DNA from: a virus
Strand: one strand, 5' to 3'
Length of the DNA: 64,000 bases
IMG/VR virus record: IMGVR_UViG_3300031841_003468
Coordinates: 32,001-96,000 of that record
In this document: piece by piece, positions 1 through 10,047 of the stretch
How the letters are laid out: the number at the start of each line of letters is the position of its first letter
Position numbering within the stretch: the first letter of the stretch is position 1
Made by a program: the position numbers and the translations under genes
The notes under the pieces: generated by a model
Told to the model about the DNA's origin: nothing
What the model saw: only the letters and a program-made list of their open reading frames with translations
Database searches by the model: none

Positions 1-347
1 TATGCTTCTTCCTCAATATACCACTCCCTTACGTGGGCTTGCCATAATAGTTTAGCACAGGTCGCACAAGGCATAGCAGTAACATAAGCTTTTTTAGGTT
101 CATTAGTTTGTACTAGCATGTTACTTAGGGCATTTTGCTCTGAGTGTACTATATAGGGGTATTTCTTTGGTCTGACGGTCGGAAGATGTGAGTCGTCAGT
201 ACCAGCAGGGAAGCCATTATAACCAATACCAACAACATTATTGTCCATATTGGCTATAACGCACCCGACTTTAGTCTGGGAGTCATGGCTACGAATAGCT
301 ACATAATGTGCCATTCCCATGAAATATTGATCCCAGCTTGGCCTCAT
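1..347 (-). CDS. dCMP deaminase (runs off the window edge)
   Basis: Manual translation from ATG at 347: MRPSWDQYFMGMAHYVAIRSHDSQTKVGCVI...GYNGFP...VHSEQNAL...PCATCAK; HxE and PCxxC zinc motifs. Not in the ORF track. Confidence 0.92.
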   Translation of the reverse strand, partial: MRPSWDQYFMGMAHYVAIRSHDSQTKVGCVIANMDNNVVGIGYNGFPAGTDDSHLPTVRPKKYPYIVHSEQNALSNMLVQTNEPKKAYVTAMPCATCAKLLWQAHVREWYIEEEA

Positions 348-502
348 TACGACTTACGCTCCCATAGAAGCTCGCCGTCTTGAGTCTTAAGAGCAACCAA
401 TCGCTCAAAAGTGAAATCCTCAGTTTCCACAGGTGTGGTGATGGCAATACGACCATCTTCGAGGGTATGTTCCCGTAGTTCGGGAGAATTGTTATCTGAC
501 AT
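347..502 (-). CDS. small hypothetical protein
   Basis: AAGGAG precedes ATG at 502; stop overlaps the dCMP deaminase start (TAATG). Confidence 0.6.
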   Translation of the reverse strand: MSDNNSPELREHTLEDGRIAITTPVETEDFTFERLVALKTQDGELLWERKS

Positions 503-597
503 ATATTCTGTCTCCTTAAAAAATGCCACTTGTTACACATACATTATAAGAGAAGGGGGCTGCTTTTGCAACCCCCTTCGGTGAAAATACGAGGAAT

Positions 598-924
598 TTA
601 TCGAATTATTCGATTCAGAATCTCTGCAATGATATGGTTGTCACGACCGATTACTTTTAACGCCTCATTGATTTTCTCTAGCTCTTCGCTAGTGCTTTCC
701 TTTTCATCTATCCATTTTCTTAGCTCATAGCTAAGAGGTACTCCATCCTTCTCTGCTTCCGTGATGAAACCATAGATTTCATCTAGCTTTAGCTGTTCTT
801 CACTGGTTAGGTTAGATTTAGAAGGTTTAATCTTCTCAATCAGTGCCTCAACAGTTTTCAGGAACAATCCCGTCACAGCCACAACAGCGGCTAATGCAGG
901 GTAGTCACTAAGCAAATCAGACAT
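598..924 (-). CDS. hypothetical protein, N-terminal TM helix plus coiled coil
   Basis: AGGAGG RBS; hydrophobic PALAAVVAVTGLFL. Confidence 0.7.
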   Translation of the reverse strand: MSDLLSDYPALAAVVAVTGLFLKTVEALIEKIKPSKSNLTSEEQLKLDEIYGFITEAEKDGVPLSYELRKWIDEKESTSEELEKINEALKVIGRDNHIIAEILNRIIR

Positions 925-954
925 AGTATCCTCCTTTCAGGACAAAAGAAGTGG

Positions 955-988
955 AAAAAAGAAGGGAGACGATTGCTCGCCTCCCTTC
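955..988 (-). terminator. intrinsic terminator
   Basis: GAAGGGAG...CTCCCTTC hairpin followed on the minus strand by T6, just downstream of 1016..1660. Confidence 0.8.
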
Positions 989-1015
989 CCGTATAGTTGA
1001 TTACACGACTATAAC

Positions 1016-1660
1016 TTAGGCACCCATGACACCTTCGATGTCTAGGTTATTAGCGGTGAAGCTTACAAAGTTCGTTAGAACAGTGTATTCACCCGGCTTA
1101 ACTCTAGTACCTACAGCATCGTCTAGTTGGATGTCACTGTTGTTTCCATCAGCGATATCGTATAGGAAGCTGTTAAGTGCAGTCGGATCGCTAACTGCAG
1201 TATTAGCTGCGTTGACGAACAGAGTTCTGCTGCCAATGCTGCTACCGTCTGCGAAGCGACCAGTGTAGTTAAACAGACCAAGACGTACTTTAGATGCAGT
1301 GTTAGCACCGATAGTCTTTCTGTACTTCATGACGTTCAGGCGGTTACCGTGATCGGCAGCACCGTTCTGAAGTTTGGTATTAGCTACACCTGATAATGAA
1401 ACAGTGCGTTGCATGTGAACACCTGCTTGGTTATCGTAGCCAAAAGTACCTGAAGACAAGGCTTTAGCAGCACTATAAGTATGAGCAGAACCGCTTAGAG
1501 CTCCGATCATAGTACTGATGTCTGCGTTGTCGTCACGAGAGTCTAGAATAGTGAAATCACTATGGCCTAGTACTTTCCCACCGTTGATTACTTCGTCAGT
1601 TTTGACGTATGCACCGCCGGTAGCTTTCTTAAGATGTGAATTGCTTGATGGTACTGGCAT
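1016..1660 (-). CDS. hypothetical protein, possibly virion structural
   Basis: GGAGG RBS, Gly/Ala/Ser/Thr/Asn-rich, GTGTAT motif upstream and terminator downstream. Confidence 0.6.
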   Translation of the reverse strand: MPVPSSNSHLKKATGGAYVKTDEVINGGKVLGHSDFTILDSRDDNADISTMIGALSGSAHTYSAAKALSSGTFGYDNQAGVHMQRTVSLSGVANTKLQNGAADHGNRLNVMKYRKTIGANTASKVRLGLFNYTGRFADGSSIGSRTLFVNAANTAVSDPTALNSFLYDIADGNNSDIQLDDAVGTRVKPGEYTVLTNFVSFTANNLDIEGVMGA

Positions 1661-1742
1661 AATATGCCTCCTTTTGAAAAAAGAACCAATTAATTAAAAC
1701 AACATCCTAACATTTTACTAGTCCTACTTATAATATACACAC

Positions 1743-2384
1743 CTAAACAAGATTAGGGAGCATATTACTTAATAATTTGTAGGATTTTAACCTTAAACCG
1801 TCTATTCCTGAGTCCTTATAAAGGTCAAGGTGGCGTTGGTTGAGCACTGGTGAGCAGGCAGTGACCTCAACCGAGAGATTTTTCTTTAGTTCCATAGCAA
1901 GAATTAAGTTATCAATAGGATCATCAACTACAGTACCTGTCCCCAATACGACTTGATTAATATATTTATTACTTATAAGTACTTCGCAGGTTCTATGCAC
2001 ATCTGTTGAATGATGCAAACGATGTTCAATGATGGGTCGCAATTCTAACCCGTTTTCACGGCACGCATTAACACATGCCTTCAAATCTTTTCCTATGCTA
2101 CTATAATCACAAAATTCTACATGATGATTGTTAATTACCAAGTCAACCTTTCTAACCTTCTGCCTTGCAGCTAGCACTATCTCATGTATCCTCAGTCTTG
2201 TGTCACTAAGTCCTAATGGAAAGTCCACTATAGCTGTAAGGTTGCAGTTGTCCTTCACTTCTTGGGGGATGGAGTTTAGTATTCCAGTTGGAACACAAAC
2301 ATCACATCGCTTTTCAGCACCCTCGAATATAGCCTCTAGAAGCTCTTGGTGATTATGGTCATTATGTAAAAGCTCAATTTTCAT
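1743..2384 (-). CDS. DeoC-like aldolase-fold protein lacking catalytic lysines
   Basis: VDFPLG, VDLVIN, RPIIE align with DeoC; the KTSTG position reads VLGTG. Confidence 0.7.
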   Translation of the reverse strand: MKIELLHNDHNHQELLEAIFEGAEKRCDVCVPTGILNSIPQEVKDNCNLTAIVDFPLGLSDTRLRIHEIVLAARQKVRKVDLVINNHHVEFCDYSSIGKDLKACVNACRENGLELRPIIEHRLHHSTDVHRTCEVLISNKYINQVVLGTGTVVDDPIDNLILAMELKKNLSVEVTACSPVLNQRHLDLYKDSGIDGLRLKSYKLLSNMLPNLV

Positions 2385-2386
2385 GA

Positions 2387-2896
2387 TTAAATCTCAATGC
2401 CGTTAATTTCCCTGATTAGTTCAATAGCCTTTGCCACATTTCTGCGTGCTGTCTCACGACTATATCCCTTCTTCTGTCCTATTTCTTCGATAGTCATCTT
2501 ATCTTGAAACTTCATACGAAGGATCGACTTCGATTCTTCGGGCAAAGCATCAATAATAACTTCAAAGTCTTCTGTCTTCTCATTGTAACGCTCGAAAGGT
2601 ATATTAGTGAATTCTTGGTACTTTCGCCGTTTCATAGAGTTGCTAATGTTTAGTCTTAGCGAGTTGTAGAGAAAGGAAGTAAATTTACATCCCTTCGTTG
2701 GATCAAACTTATTTAGACACTCCCAAAGAGTTGTAAGCTTGATAGATTGTATTACATCAGGATCTACTCGTTTACGAAACTTGTAGCAGACGCTATCCAT
2801 GATCTTGCGGTAATCTTTATTTTTCAAAGCTTGGTCAAAGTCCCGTGTCTCTAGATCCTCAATTACCTTGGTTTCCGTCTTCGCTGATTCTGTCAT
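2387..2896 (-). CDS. sigma-70 family RNA polymerase sigma factor
   Basis: Region 2 LWECLNKFDPTKGCKFTSFLY; region 4 HTH MTIEEIGQKKGYSRETAR. Confidence 0.88.
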   Translation of the reverse strand: MTESAKTETKVIEDLETRDFDQALKNKDYRKIMDSVCYKFRKRVDPDVIQSIKLTTLWECLNKFDPTKGCKFTSFLYNSLRLNISNSMKRRKYQEFTNIPFERYNEKTEDFEVIIDALPEESKSILRMKFQDKMTIEEIGQKKGYSRETARRNVAKAIELIREINGIEI

Positions 2897-3560
2897 TATG
2901 ATCTCCTCCAGATTCTAAAAATTCGCCACCACCTATAGAATGGTATTCTTTTAGTAGCGACACTCCATATGTATAGTCTTCATCCTGTTCATTGGAAACA
3001 ATATAGTCAACAGATCCTTCTGGTGACAGGTATGCTGCCCAATGTTTGTACTGACTTAGTTCCTCAATAACTTCACCCAAGTCAACGTCGATAACACCAT
3101 TATACACTATTGGGTCACTTGTTGTCAAGGGGTCAGACAAAGTTTTTTCGCCAGTTAGCATACTTTCTATATCGGAACGTACCTCTCGGAACTTAAACAT
3201 TTTTCCAATACCTACGAAAAAAGTATACCTACCAAGAACTTTGATGGCTTCTACTCCTGCTACTGTCTCAATTTTAGCAAGAACAGAAGGTGTGATATCA
3301 AAGTTAGTGTAACCCATCCAACAATCCCATCGTTGGCTAGGTCGTAGGTGACTCTCTTGATAGAACATGCCAAACGGAGTTGAGATAATGCTCTTCTCTG
3401 CTGGGTACATATTATCTAAGTATGCCATCATAGAGGGATCTACTTCAGAAGCAGAACCTTCTTCGTCATAATAAGTTTGAGATGACGAATTTGGCTCAGG
3501 AGATGATGGGGTTTCTGCAATCATTTCATTCCAGCTTTCCCAAGCAATCTTATTCCTCAT
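2859..3560 (-). CDS. hypothetical protein
   Basis: GAGGAGG RBS before ATG at 3560; overlaps the sigma gene start. Confidence 0.7.
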   Translation of the reverse strand: MRNKIAWESWNEMIAETPSSPEPNSSSQTYYDEEGSASEVDPSMMAYLDNMYPAEKSIISTPFGMFYQESHLRPSQRWDCWMGYTNFDITPSVLAKIETVAGVEAIKVLGRYTFFVGIGKMFKFREVRSDIESMLTGEKTLSDPLTTSDPIVYNGVIDVDLGEVIEELSQYKHWAAYLSPEGSVDYIVSNEQDEDYTYGVSLLKEYHSIGGGEFLESGGDHNDRISEDGNQGN

Positions 3561-3636
3561 GTGTCCTCCTCTACGGATAAAAGTATAACATATTATACCC
3601 CTTTGGTCAACAAAAGGGTCGATAAAAATTTCAATT

Positions 3637-3984
3637 TTACTTAAAAAGTTGCTCGATTTCACTCGGCCTAATTAAGGGTTCGTCGTACTCAGGTTCTTTT
3701 GTAGCATTTTGCAACGTAGTATAAGCTGTGACAAGCATACCTGTATCAGTTTGCATCGTTTTTGTGTCTGCTTGTGCCTGAGTTTGTATAAGAATTTCTT
3801 CTATTAGATCTGTTGTCTTGAGGTCGTGAAACATTTTAGCAAGTCTGACAATTCCATCAACATCACCTTGATCCCACTGTACGTGGAATAGGAAGTCACC
3901 TTCTTTGCTAACACCAATATTGACGAAGGTATTAGTTGAAAGTGTAAGATCCTGTTCTTCCGATAATCTCTCCATGATAGTCAC
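3637..3984 (-). CDS. hypothetical protein
   Basis: 115-aa ORF in a tightly packed operon. Confidence 0.65.
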   Translation of the reverse strand: MTIMERLSEEQDLTLSTNTFVNIGVSKEGDFLFHVQWDQGDVDGIVRLAKMFHDLKTTDLIEEILIQTQAQADTKTMQTDTGMLVTAYTTLQNATKEPEYDEPLIRPSEIEQLFK

Positions 3985-4327
3985 TTATTAAACCTTCCTC
4001 TTGTAATTGTTCTACTGTTTTCCACGAAGCTTTCTTGGCAGTGTCTGCCATATAGGGAACTGTAGCTATATAAGTAACTTCAACTTCCCGGCTTCCCTCA
4101 ATCTTTCTAAAGCCAGCCAAACGTTTCTTTACCCACTCCCAATGGTAGTGAGTTATTTCTTGGTGTATATCTTGCAGCACTTTATCTTCTGTTTTTCTTA
4201 GCATGTAGGCAGAGGGTATGTTGTCCTCTAGGTCAACTAAGATCTTAAAGTGTTTACCATCAGTCATGTGGTAGCGTTGATCTACACCAACGAATATGTA
4301 AGAAACCTTTACTTTATGCTGACTCAT
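3932..4327 (-). CDS. degenerate Nudix-fold (NrtR-like) protein
   Basis: VKVSYIF...FKILV...IPS...EVEVTYIATVP...ASWKTVEQL...YHGEII resembles the NrtR-type Nudix layout; no intact Nudix box. Confidence 0.45.
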   Translation of the reverse strand: MSQHKVKVSYIFVGVDQRYHMTDGKHFKILVDLEDNIPSAYMLRKTEDKVLQDIHQEITHYHWEWVKKRLAGFRKIEGSREVEVTYIATVPYMADTAKKASWKTVEQLQEEGLISDYHGEIIGRTGSYTFN

Positions 4328-4550
4328 TAGCCTGTACCATTTGTTCCTTTAGTTTCTGAACAACATCAAAGCCAGAACTTGCAGCTTCGTATGCCTCAAT
4401 AGCTTCGATGAATTCATCCACGATTTGTGGGTGCTCACCAACGCCAACAGGATTGTTCAGATATACGTTAATGGTTGCAGCGGCTTTGGCTGTCTTAGCC
4501 TGAAAATGTGTTTCTGCCGCAGCAATCAATGTTTGTTGTAAACTGTTCAT
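4314..4550 (-). CDS. small conserved phage hypothetical protein
   Basis: GGAG RBS; YLNNPVGVGEHP motif recalled from other phage small proteins. Confidence 0.7.
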   Translation of the reverse strand: MNSLQQTLIAAAETHFQAKTAKAAATINVYLNNPVGVGEHPQIVDEFIEAIEAYEAASSGFDVVQKLKEQMVQANESA

Positions 4551-4640
4551 ATATATGTCTCCAATAAAAAACGGGTCATCTAGTAATATTATACCAAATG
4601 ACCCGCTAAAAAACAACATCGTTGTTGAATTTTCTTTAGA

Positions 4641-4817
4641 TTATTCAGTAGCTCTTAGTGAGTCACCGACAATCCAAGACGCAGCTAGCAATACAACTGA
4701 ATTAACAGTTTCTGCCTCGAAGCCTAGACCTAAGTGTTCTGAGACTGCGACTGCAACACCAGCGATGGCGATCCAGAATCTGCGTGAAGTGGTTAGGGAT
4801 TTAATCTTGTCAATCAT
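4641..4817 (-). CDS. small two-TM membrane protein, holin-like
   Basis: SRRFWIAIAGVAVAV plus a second hydrophobic helix; GGAG RBS. Confidence 0.55.
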   Translation of the reverse strand: MIDKIKSLTTSRRFWIAIAGVAVAVSEHLGLGFEAETVNSVVLLAASWIVGDSLRATE

Positions 4818-4868
4818 AACATTCTCCAAAAAAAGGGTTAGTTAAGTTTTAAGAAGTGTGTTTTCCTA

Positions 4869-5135
4869 TTAACCGTTGTTTTCTTCTTCCTTAACAGGTT
4901 GAAGCTTTTCAGCCAACTTGCCAAAGATGCCAGATAGAATGCCTTTGAAAGCGTCCCACCCTTTTCCAAGGATAGGTTTTAGCTTTGCTAGTAACTCAGC
5001 TAACTTGGCCTTCATGCCATCTACACGGCTATCTACTTCATCGCCTTTTCCAAGTTTCTTCATGATCATACGACCACCAAGAGCAGCGATTACAGTAGCA
5101 ACGATTAGAGTATCTACGTTTGCGAAATTTTCCAT
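4869..5135 (-). CDS. hypothetical membrane-associated protein
   Basis: GGGAG RBS; N-terminal hydrophobic helix and amphipathic C-terminal helix. Confidence 0.6.
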   Translation of the reverse strand: MENFANVDTLIVATVIAALGGRMIMKKLGKGDEVDSRVDGMKAKLAELLAKLKPILGKGWDAFKGILSGIFGKLAEKLQPVKEEENNG

Positions 5136-5139
5136 AGTT

Positions 5140-6210
5140 TTATACTCCCTGTATAAGTTGAGAAACACTATTACCCCAAGTAAAAGCTTGACCAGTGGAT
5201 ATGCCTTGAGTGTTCTGGTTTAGATCGCCACTCTGTTTGAGTGAATGAAGCTCTCTCATATGTGCTATGATCTGCTCCATTTGATCATCACCGAGACTTG
5301 CCCAGTTGCCTTGACCATGAAACCATATACCATCCACAGCCGGTTCGACTGCGTTTACGGTGACTAGACGAGCATTGTCAGAATTGCAAAACTCTGTATG
5401 TGCCGAGTAGTCAGTCGTAATGACATGCTTTCCTATGGTCAACATCTCTAGTAACTCAAGATTCCATCCCTCTGCTCTAGCAGGGAACAAACCGACATCG
5501 GCTTGCTTCATAATATTATACACATCTTCATGGGTATTTTGTCTTGGAATTATCCTAATTTTGTCGCCTAATGGTGAGTTTTTATAAGCATTAATCCATT
5601 CATTATTCTTTTCTCCGATAAATGGGTTATCGCACATCATCCATAATTCTACGTTATCCGTAGGGGAAAACGCATTATTAAAGGCATTTAAGATAACATC
5701 ATGACCCTTCCTGATTTCCCACTTTCCACAATTATAGAAAACAGTTTGAGGTCTCCGGGAAGGCTCTACTGGCTTAAAGATGTTAGTGTCTACTCCGAGG
5801 GGAACTACATGTACCTTCTCGCTGACATCCTTGTCGTAACTTCTTAAATTATTTACTACAACATCCTTTGCCCACTGTGAACAGACAAATATCTTATCGC
5901 AGTGACGCAGGCTTGTGATCTCTAGTGGGTTAAATTTATCTAACTCAAAGATTGGAAAACCGATATGAGATCCTTTGCCTACAAACTGTTGTAGCTCATG
6001 TTGATGCCAAATTCTGATGCAAGGTGCATCAAGCCAGAGATTGGTTTGGTTGTCGATGCATCGGTCAACAAAACCTCCGTCTACCATTTTCTCTGGTGTA
6101 CCAATGGGATAAAATGCAACATCGTGCATCTTATTAAGTTCACGTAATATATTATATACTGTATAGCCATAGCCCAAAGTATTAATTGGGCCGATCAGGT
6201 TAAGCTTCAT
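5140..6210 (-). CDS. GT-B glycosyltransferase (GT4-like)
   Basis: GKWEIRKGHD, RAEGWNLELLEM, VITTDYSAHTEF. Confidence 0.9.
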   Translation of the reverse strand: MKLNLIGPINTLGYGYTVYNILRELNKMHDVAFYPIGTPEKMVDGGFVDRCIDNQTNLWLDAPCIRIWHQHELQQFVGKGSHIGFPIFELDKFNPLEITSLRHCDKIFVCSQWAKDVVVNNLRSYDKDVSEKVHVVPLGVDTNIFKPVEPSRRPQTVFYNCGKWEIRKGHDVILNAFNNAFSPTDNVELWMMCDNPFIGEKNNEWINAYKNSPLGDKIRIIPRQNTHEDVYNIMKQADVGLFPARAEGWNLELLEMLTIGKHVITTDYSAHTEFCNSDNARLVTVNAVEPAVDGIWFHGQGNWASLGDDQMEQIIAHMRELHSLKQSGDLNQNTQGISTGQAFTWGNSVSQLIQGV

Positions 6211-7528
6211 TTAATGTGTCCTTATGTACATAATAGTGTTCAAACGTCACTGTTGTATACGGGTTCTCAACTTTAATATAATTGTTTTCTACTAGCAGGT
6301 CATGAAGTTTCTGTGGTGCATACTCGATACTGATTGCTCCAAAGGTGTACTTGTCAAACGGGAAGTTTCTAAGTGCCTCATACTCTGCTCCTTCAATATC
6401 CATAGATAGGTACTCTATGAACTCAGGTGCATCTGCGTCCTTTAATATACTTTCTAATGTTCTAACTTCAAGCAGCTCTGTACTTACTGGATTAACATTA
6501 TGTCTTTCTAGCTTTTCTTCTAATACTTTAGTTCCAAACTTGTGCATCTCTGGAAACACACTAAAAGCTTTCTTATCACAATTAAGAAAATCCATCTGTT
6601 TGTTTTCGGCACCAACGCCAACATTATACCCCTTGCATCTTGGGGTAGTCAATGGAATGTTTCTTGCATCAACTCTTATGCCACTCCATTTGTAGTAGCT
6701 TTCTAATACCCATACACTACTCTTGGCCTTGATGTCGAACGCACCTAGATCAACAAAGTAGCCGTCTGTTTTGTGATTATATATATCTTCTACTACCCAC
6801 TTATCATTCCAAGTCTCGAAGTTCTGATATCTTTCATTTCCTATTTCATCGTACTGATATATGTTGGGTATGAGAAATCTCTTAGGTTTTTTATTAAACT
6901 TATTGGCTGGAGAAAGCCTCCATATCCAGTCATCATTATATAAACGAATGTTGAATTTAGCACATATATTTTTGAAGTTCTCTACTGGATTCTCAAAGAA
7001 ATCTTCATAGCAAAGGACATAAGTGTTCGTTTCTTCTGCTAGCTTAAGATATTTATCTAAGTAGTTTCTTAATTCATTATACCGATCCTTGATGAAGTCG
7101 GGTGGAATTTCATCTCTTACCATGTCGAAAAAGTCGTCTGGTTTTTCTTGTTGATCAGGAGCCCAATAGTCAATACCAGTTCTATCAAAGTAATTAGCTG
7201 AGATCCAGTTTGACCATGCCACATCTAATGTGTTACGCCTATAAATAAATATATTATCTGAGTTTCTAAACAAGTATTCATTGTGCTCTTCTGATAGCTG
7301 ATATCTTAATGTTTTCAGGCCATCATACCCCTCCTTGTTCAACAGCATATTAACTATTGAAACATCCTGCTCTTTGCACCTGCCCTTCCATTTACCCTCA
7401 GATATCTTTGCAAATGAAGCATCTGGATTGTAGGGTTCATATGCAAGCTTAAGTCCACCAGACTCTTTGAGTGCCATTATTATAGAAGTTGATCCGCACC
7501 TTGGCTGTAGGCCAAATATGTTTAGCAT
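6200..7528 (-). CDS. sulfotransferase-like domain fused to FkbM-family methyltransferase
   Basis: N-terminal PRCGST and YRRNTLDVAWS (PAPS-binding-like); C-terminal FVDLGAFD and SMDIEGAE. Confidence 0.8.
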   Translation of the reverse strand: MLNIFGLQPRCGSTSIIMALKESGGLKLAYEPYNPDASFAKISEGKWKGRCKEQDVSIVNMLLNKEGYDGLKTLRYQLSEEHNEYLFRNSDNIFIYRRNTLDVAWSNWISANYFDRTGIDYWAPDQQEKPDDFFDMVRDEIPPDFIKDRYNELRNYLDKYLKLAEETNTYVLCYEDFFENPVENFKNICAKFNIRLYNDDWIWRLSPANKFNKKPKRFLIPNIYQYDEIGNERYQNFETWNDKWVVEDIYNHKTDGYFVDLGAFDIKAKSSVWVLESYYKWSGIRVDARNIPLTTPRCKGYNVGVGAENKQMDFLNCDKKAFSVFPEMHKFGTKVLEEKLERHNVNPVSTELLEVRTLESILKDADAPEFIEYLSMDIEGAEYEALRNFPFDKYTFGAISIEYAPQKLHDLLVENNYIKVENPYTTVTFEHYYVHKDTLNEA

Positions 7529-8511
7529 AAGATAGGCTCCAGCAGTCTAACTAACTCGTTACGCCATCCAGCTTGAGTCAACCAAGACTTATCCTGATCT
7601 TTCAGGTACTTATGAGCATCAATAATAAGTTGCTCTTGTGTAAGTATCCAACCAGCATGTTCCTGTGACTCCATGTACAGAGGGTAATCTTCACCCAAGT
7701 ATTCTACAACAGCGGGTATTTTATTTACAATCAATGGAGTGTTTCTTGCTATACATTCTACGACAGCATTGTTAGCTGAGCTATCATATAAATCAAGGTA
7801 GCAGACACAAGAGGACAACAGTTCATCGTATGTATCATTGTCTAGATGTCTGCCAACAACATGAGTATGAGCCCAGTTGTGCATCTTGCTGTAGTGGTCT
7901 GTCAGTCCACGCTCTTCAATGTTTCTTAAATGGTTAAAGTTTTCTATACCACCCGGAAGTATAAGTTTAGCCCAGTTCTGACACGGCACACGAGAGATAG
8001 AATATAACTTCCTTAGCCAGTATCCTACCTGAACCAGAGATCTTTTATTAATAAACATCTGGCCGTGAATATTTGTGTTTAAGAATTTATAGGGACACCA
8101 CTGAACGTCAGGTATTTCTGTGGGGTGCTTGAGTGATACGACTGGTACGTCAAGTCTTTCTTCTACCCAGCTCTTTAGGTAGTTAGATAATACGATAAGT
8201 CCTTTGCAGTGCTTCATAGACTCTTGAAATATTGGTCTAGCGAACATTGCCTGTGGTGAGTTATAAAAGTCAAACCAGTAAGGGTAGTCAGGTGGATTAT
8301 GCAGGAAGCCAACCCAAGGCTCACGATAAGGAACCTCTGGATGTTCACCCTGAAATACTCTGGTTACATCCCAGCAGAATGTTCTTTCTAAGAAGTCATC
8401 TACTAGAATGCCCGTAGGACTATGTAGTGGTCTCAAAGCATCCATGCAATACTTCCAACCACTTCTATGAGCACCAAACTCAATAGTTCTTCTGAGGTTG
8501 AGAGATAGCAT
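7522..8511 (-). CDS. putative glycosyltransferase-like protein
   Basis: C-terminal NNAVVECIARNTPLIV resembles the GT-B donor-binding motif; glycan operon context. Confidence 0.6.
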   Translation of the reverse strand: MLSLNLRRTIEFGAHRSGWKYCMDALRPLHSPTGILVDDFLERTFCWDVTRVFQGEHPEVPYREPWVGFLHNPPDYPYWFDFYNSPQAMFARPIFQESMKHCKGLIVLSNYLKSWVEERLDVPVVSLKHPTEIPDVQWCPYKFLNTNIHGQMFINKRSLVQVGYWLRKLYSISRVPCQNWAKLILPGGIENFNHLRNIEERGLTDHYSKMHNWAHTHVVGRHLDNDTYDELLSSCVCYLDLYDSSANNAVVECIARNTPLIVNKIPAVVEYLGEDYPLYMESQEHAGWILTQEQLIIDAHKYLKDQDKSWLTQAGWRNELVRLLEPILC

Positions 8512-8512
8512 A

Positions 8513-9403
8513 TTAGATAACCTTTCGGTTAATAGATGCCTCAATAAAGCCAATGTTATAAAGGGTCTTGAGGGTTACAAAGTTATAGTTGTAAAGCTTC
8601 TTCTTAGCTTCAGGGACGTCTGTCTGATAAGGAATCCACTTTGGTACTTTGTACTCCAGAGATTCAGGTGACTCGACAAACTTCTTCCAGAATAAGTCAT
8701 GCTTAGTCACATCGTCTTCATGGACTGAGTAAAGACCATCTGAGAAGCCCTGCATATAAAATTGCTCTTCCAATGACTCCATTGTTAGTGCTGATTCGGG
8801 TAGTGAGTATTGTATCCCTAGTGAATCGCTATAGATACATGTACCCTGTCGTTCGATAGCTCTGATGAATGTTGTGTTATCTAAGATAAGTTTATCTCTT
8901 AGGTTTGACACTGTGCTGTATCGTCCAGCACTTCGGTATGCTTCACCAGTGAACGCAATGTTGTGAATAGAGGGATAGACGTACTCCATACTGCTGATGT
9001 CTACAGTGAGTACGTTATCCATCGAAGGTAGCTTGAAGGGTTTATATACAGATGGAATATCTCCAACAATCCAGTCGGGTCTGTTACCTGAGATAACATA
9101 ATCAACTGGCCCACAAACAGCAGTAGCTTCAGAGAAAGCAAACAATGCTTTTACCTTGCTAATGTGATCGACATCAACCAGACTGTTAGCAGAGAGAAAG
9201 ACCAAGATATCTGCATCAGAGTTAATATTATTAATAGACTCTTCAGTTAATATAGTAGTCTTATCTGCTCCATCTAACGCAGACGGATCGACAAAGCCGT
9301 GTGTTAGTTGGGCACCTGTTTCCAAGGAAGTGTTTGAGTTAACAAACTGATTGCCTTTGGCATCCCGTACAGGGAAAATAAATAGTTCTACCTTCATGTC
9401 CAT
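8513..9403 (-). CDS. degenerate GT-A/GT2-like protein
   Basis: ADILVFLSAN, AVCGPV, RPDW, NIAF segments resemble GT2; the DXD motif is absent. Confidence 0.5.
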   Translation of the reverse strand: MDMKVELFIFPVRDAKGNQFVNSNTSLETGAQLTHGFVDPSALDGADKTTILTEESINNINSDADILVFLSANSLVDVDHISKVKALFAFSEATAVCGPVDYVISGNRPDWIVGDIPSVYKPFKLPSMDNVLTVDISSMEYVYPSIHNIAFTGEAYRSAGRYSTVSNLRDKLILDNTTFIRAIERQGTCIYSDSLGIQYSLPESALTMESLEEQFYMQGFSDGLYSVHEDDVTKHDLFWKKFVESPESLEYKVPKWIPYQTDVPEAKKKLYNYNFVTLKTLYNIGFIEASINRKVI

Positions 9404-9492
9404 TCCTTACATATTCTTAATGATAGTTAGGTACGCTACGATAGCTACGAAAGCTACAGCAATAAAGCGTTTGTTTCGTTCCTCTACTTGCA

Positions 9493-10047
9493 TTATAGTT
9501 CCTTTCCAAAGATCTTGTTACTGTCAAAGAAACGCCAGCGATTAAAATCCTCAACATCAGGACTGCTATGTACGTGCTCAAGATATCCGAGAAGCTCATC
9601 CCAGCTTCCAAATACCATCTCATGTGGCATCACACCAAACATCCAGTTGGGTAGAGTAGCTTTGCCACCTTCATTCATTACCAACAAAGGCTTCTTCTGT
9701 GCAATCGCAACAAAAGCTTCGTGGTATGAGCCGCACAGGTGAACATCAACATCCATATACATAATGATAAAGTGTGCGATGTCAACCATACGTAGGTCGA
9801 TGTTGGCAATGGGTTTCATGATACGAGTCACTTCATCCCAGTTGCCTTCTTCTTTCAACTTGTGAATTCGATTACGTGTGTCAAAGTCTTCTGGTGCATA
9901 GTCAGAAGGTTTGTCACATGGGTCTAAGACACCAACTCCCAAGTTATGTAACTTAGGGGTAATCATCTGCCGCCATGCAACTCCACCATCTTTAACACGA
10001 TCCATCGGGCCGCACAAATAAGTAATAGTATTCTCAAGTCTTTTCAT
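9493..10047 (-). CDS. nucleoside 2-deoxyribosyltransferase / dNMP N-glycosidase-like protein
   Basis: YLCGPM, DLRMVD, GSYHE (catalytic Glu), KKP. Confidence 0.8.
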   Translation of the reverse strand: MKRLENTITYLCGPMDRVKDGGVAWRQMITPKLHNLGVGVLDPCDKPSDYAPEDFDTRNRIHKLKEEGNWDEVTRIMKPIANIDLRMVDIAHFIIMYMDVDVHLCGSYHEAFVAIAQKKPLLVMNEGGKATLPNWMFGVMPHEMVFGSWDELLGYLEHVHSSPDVEDFNRWRFFDSNKIFGKEL

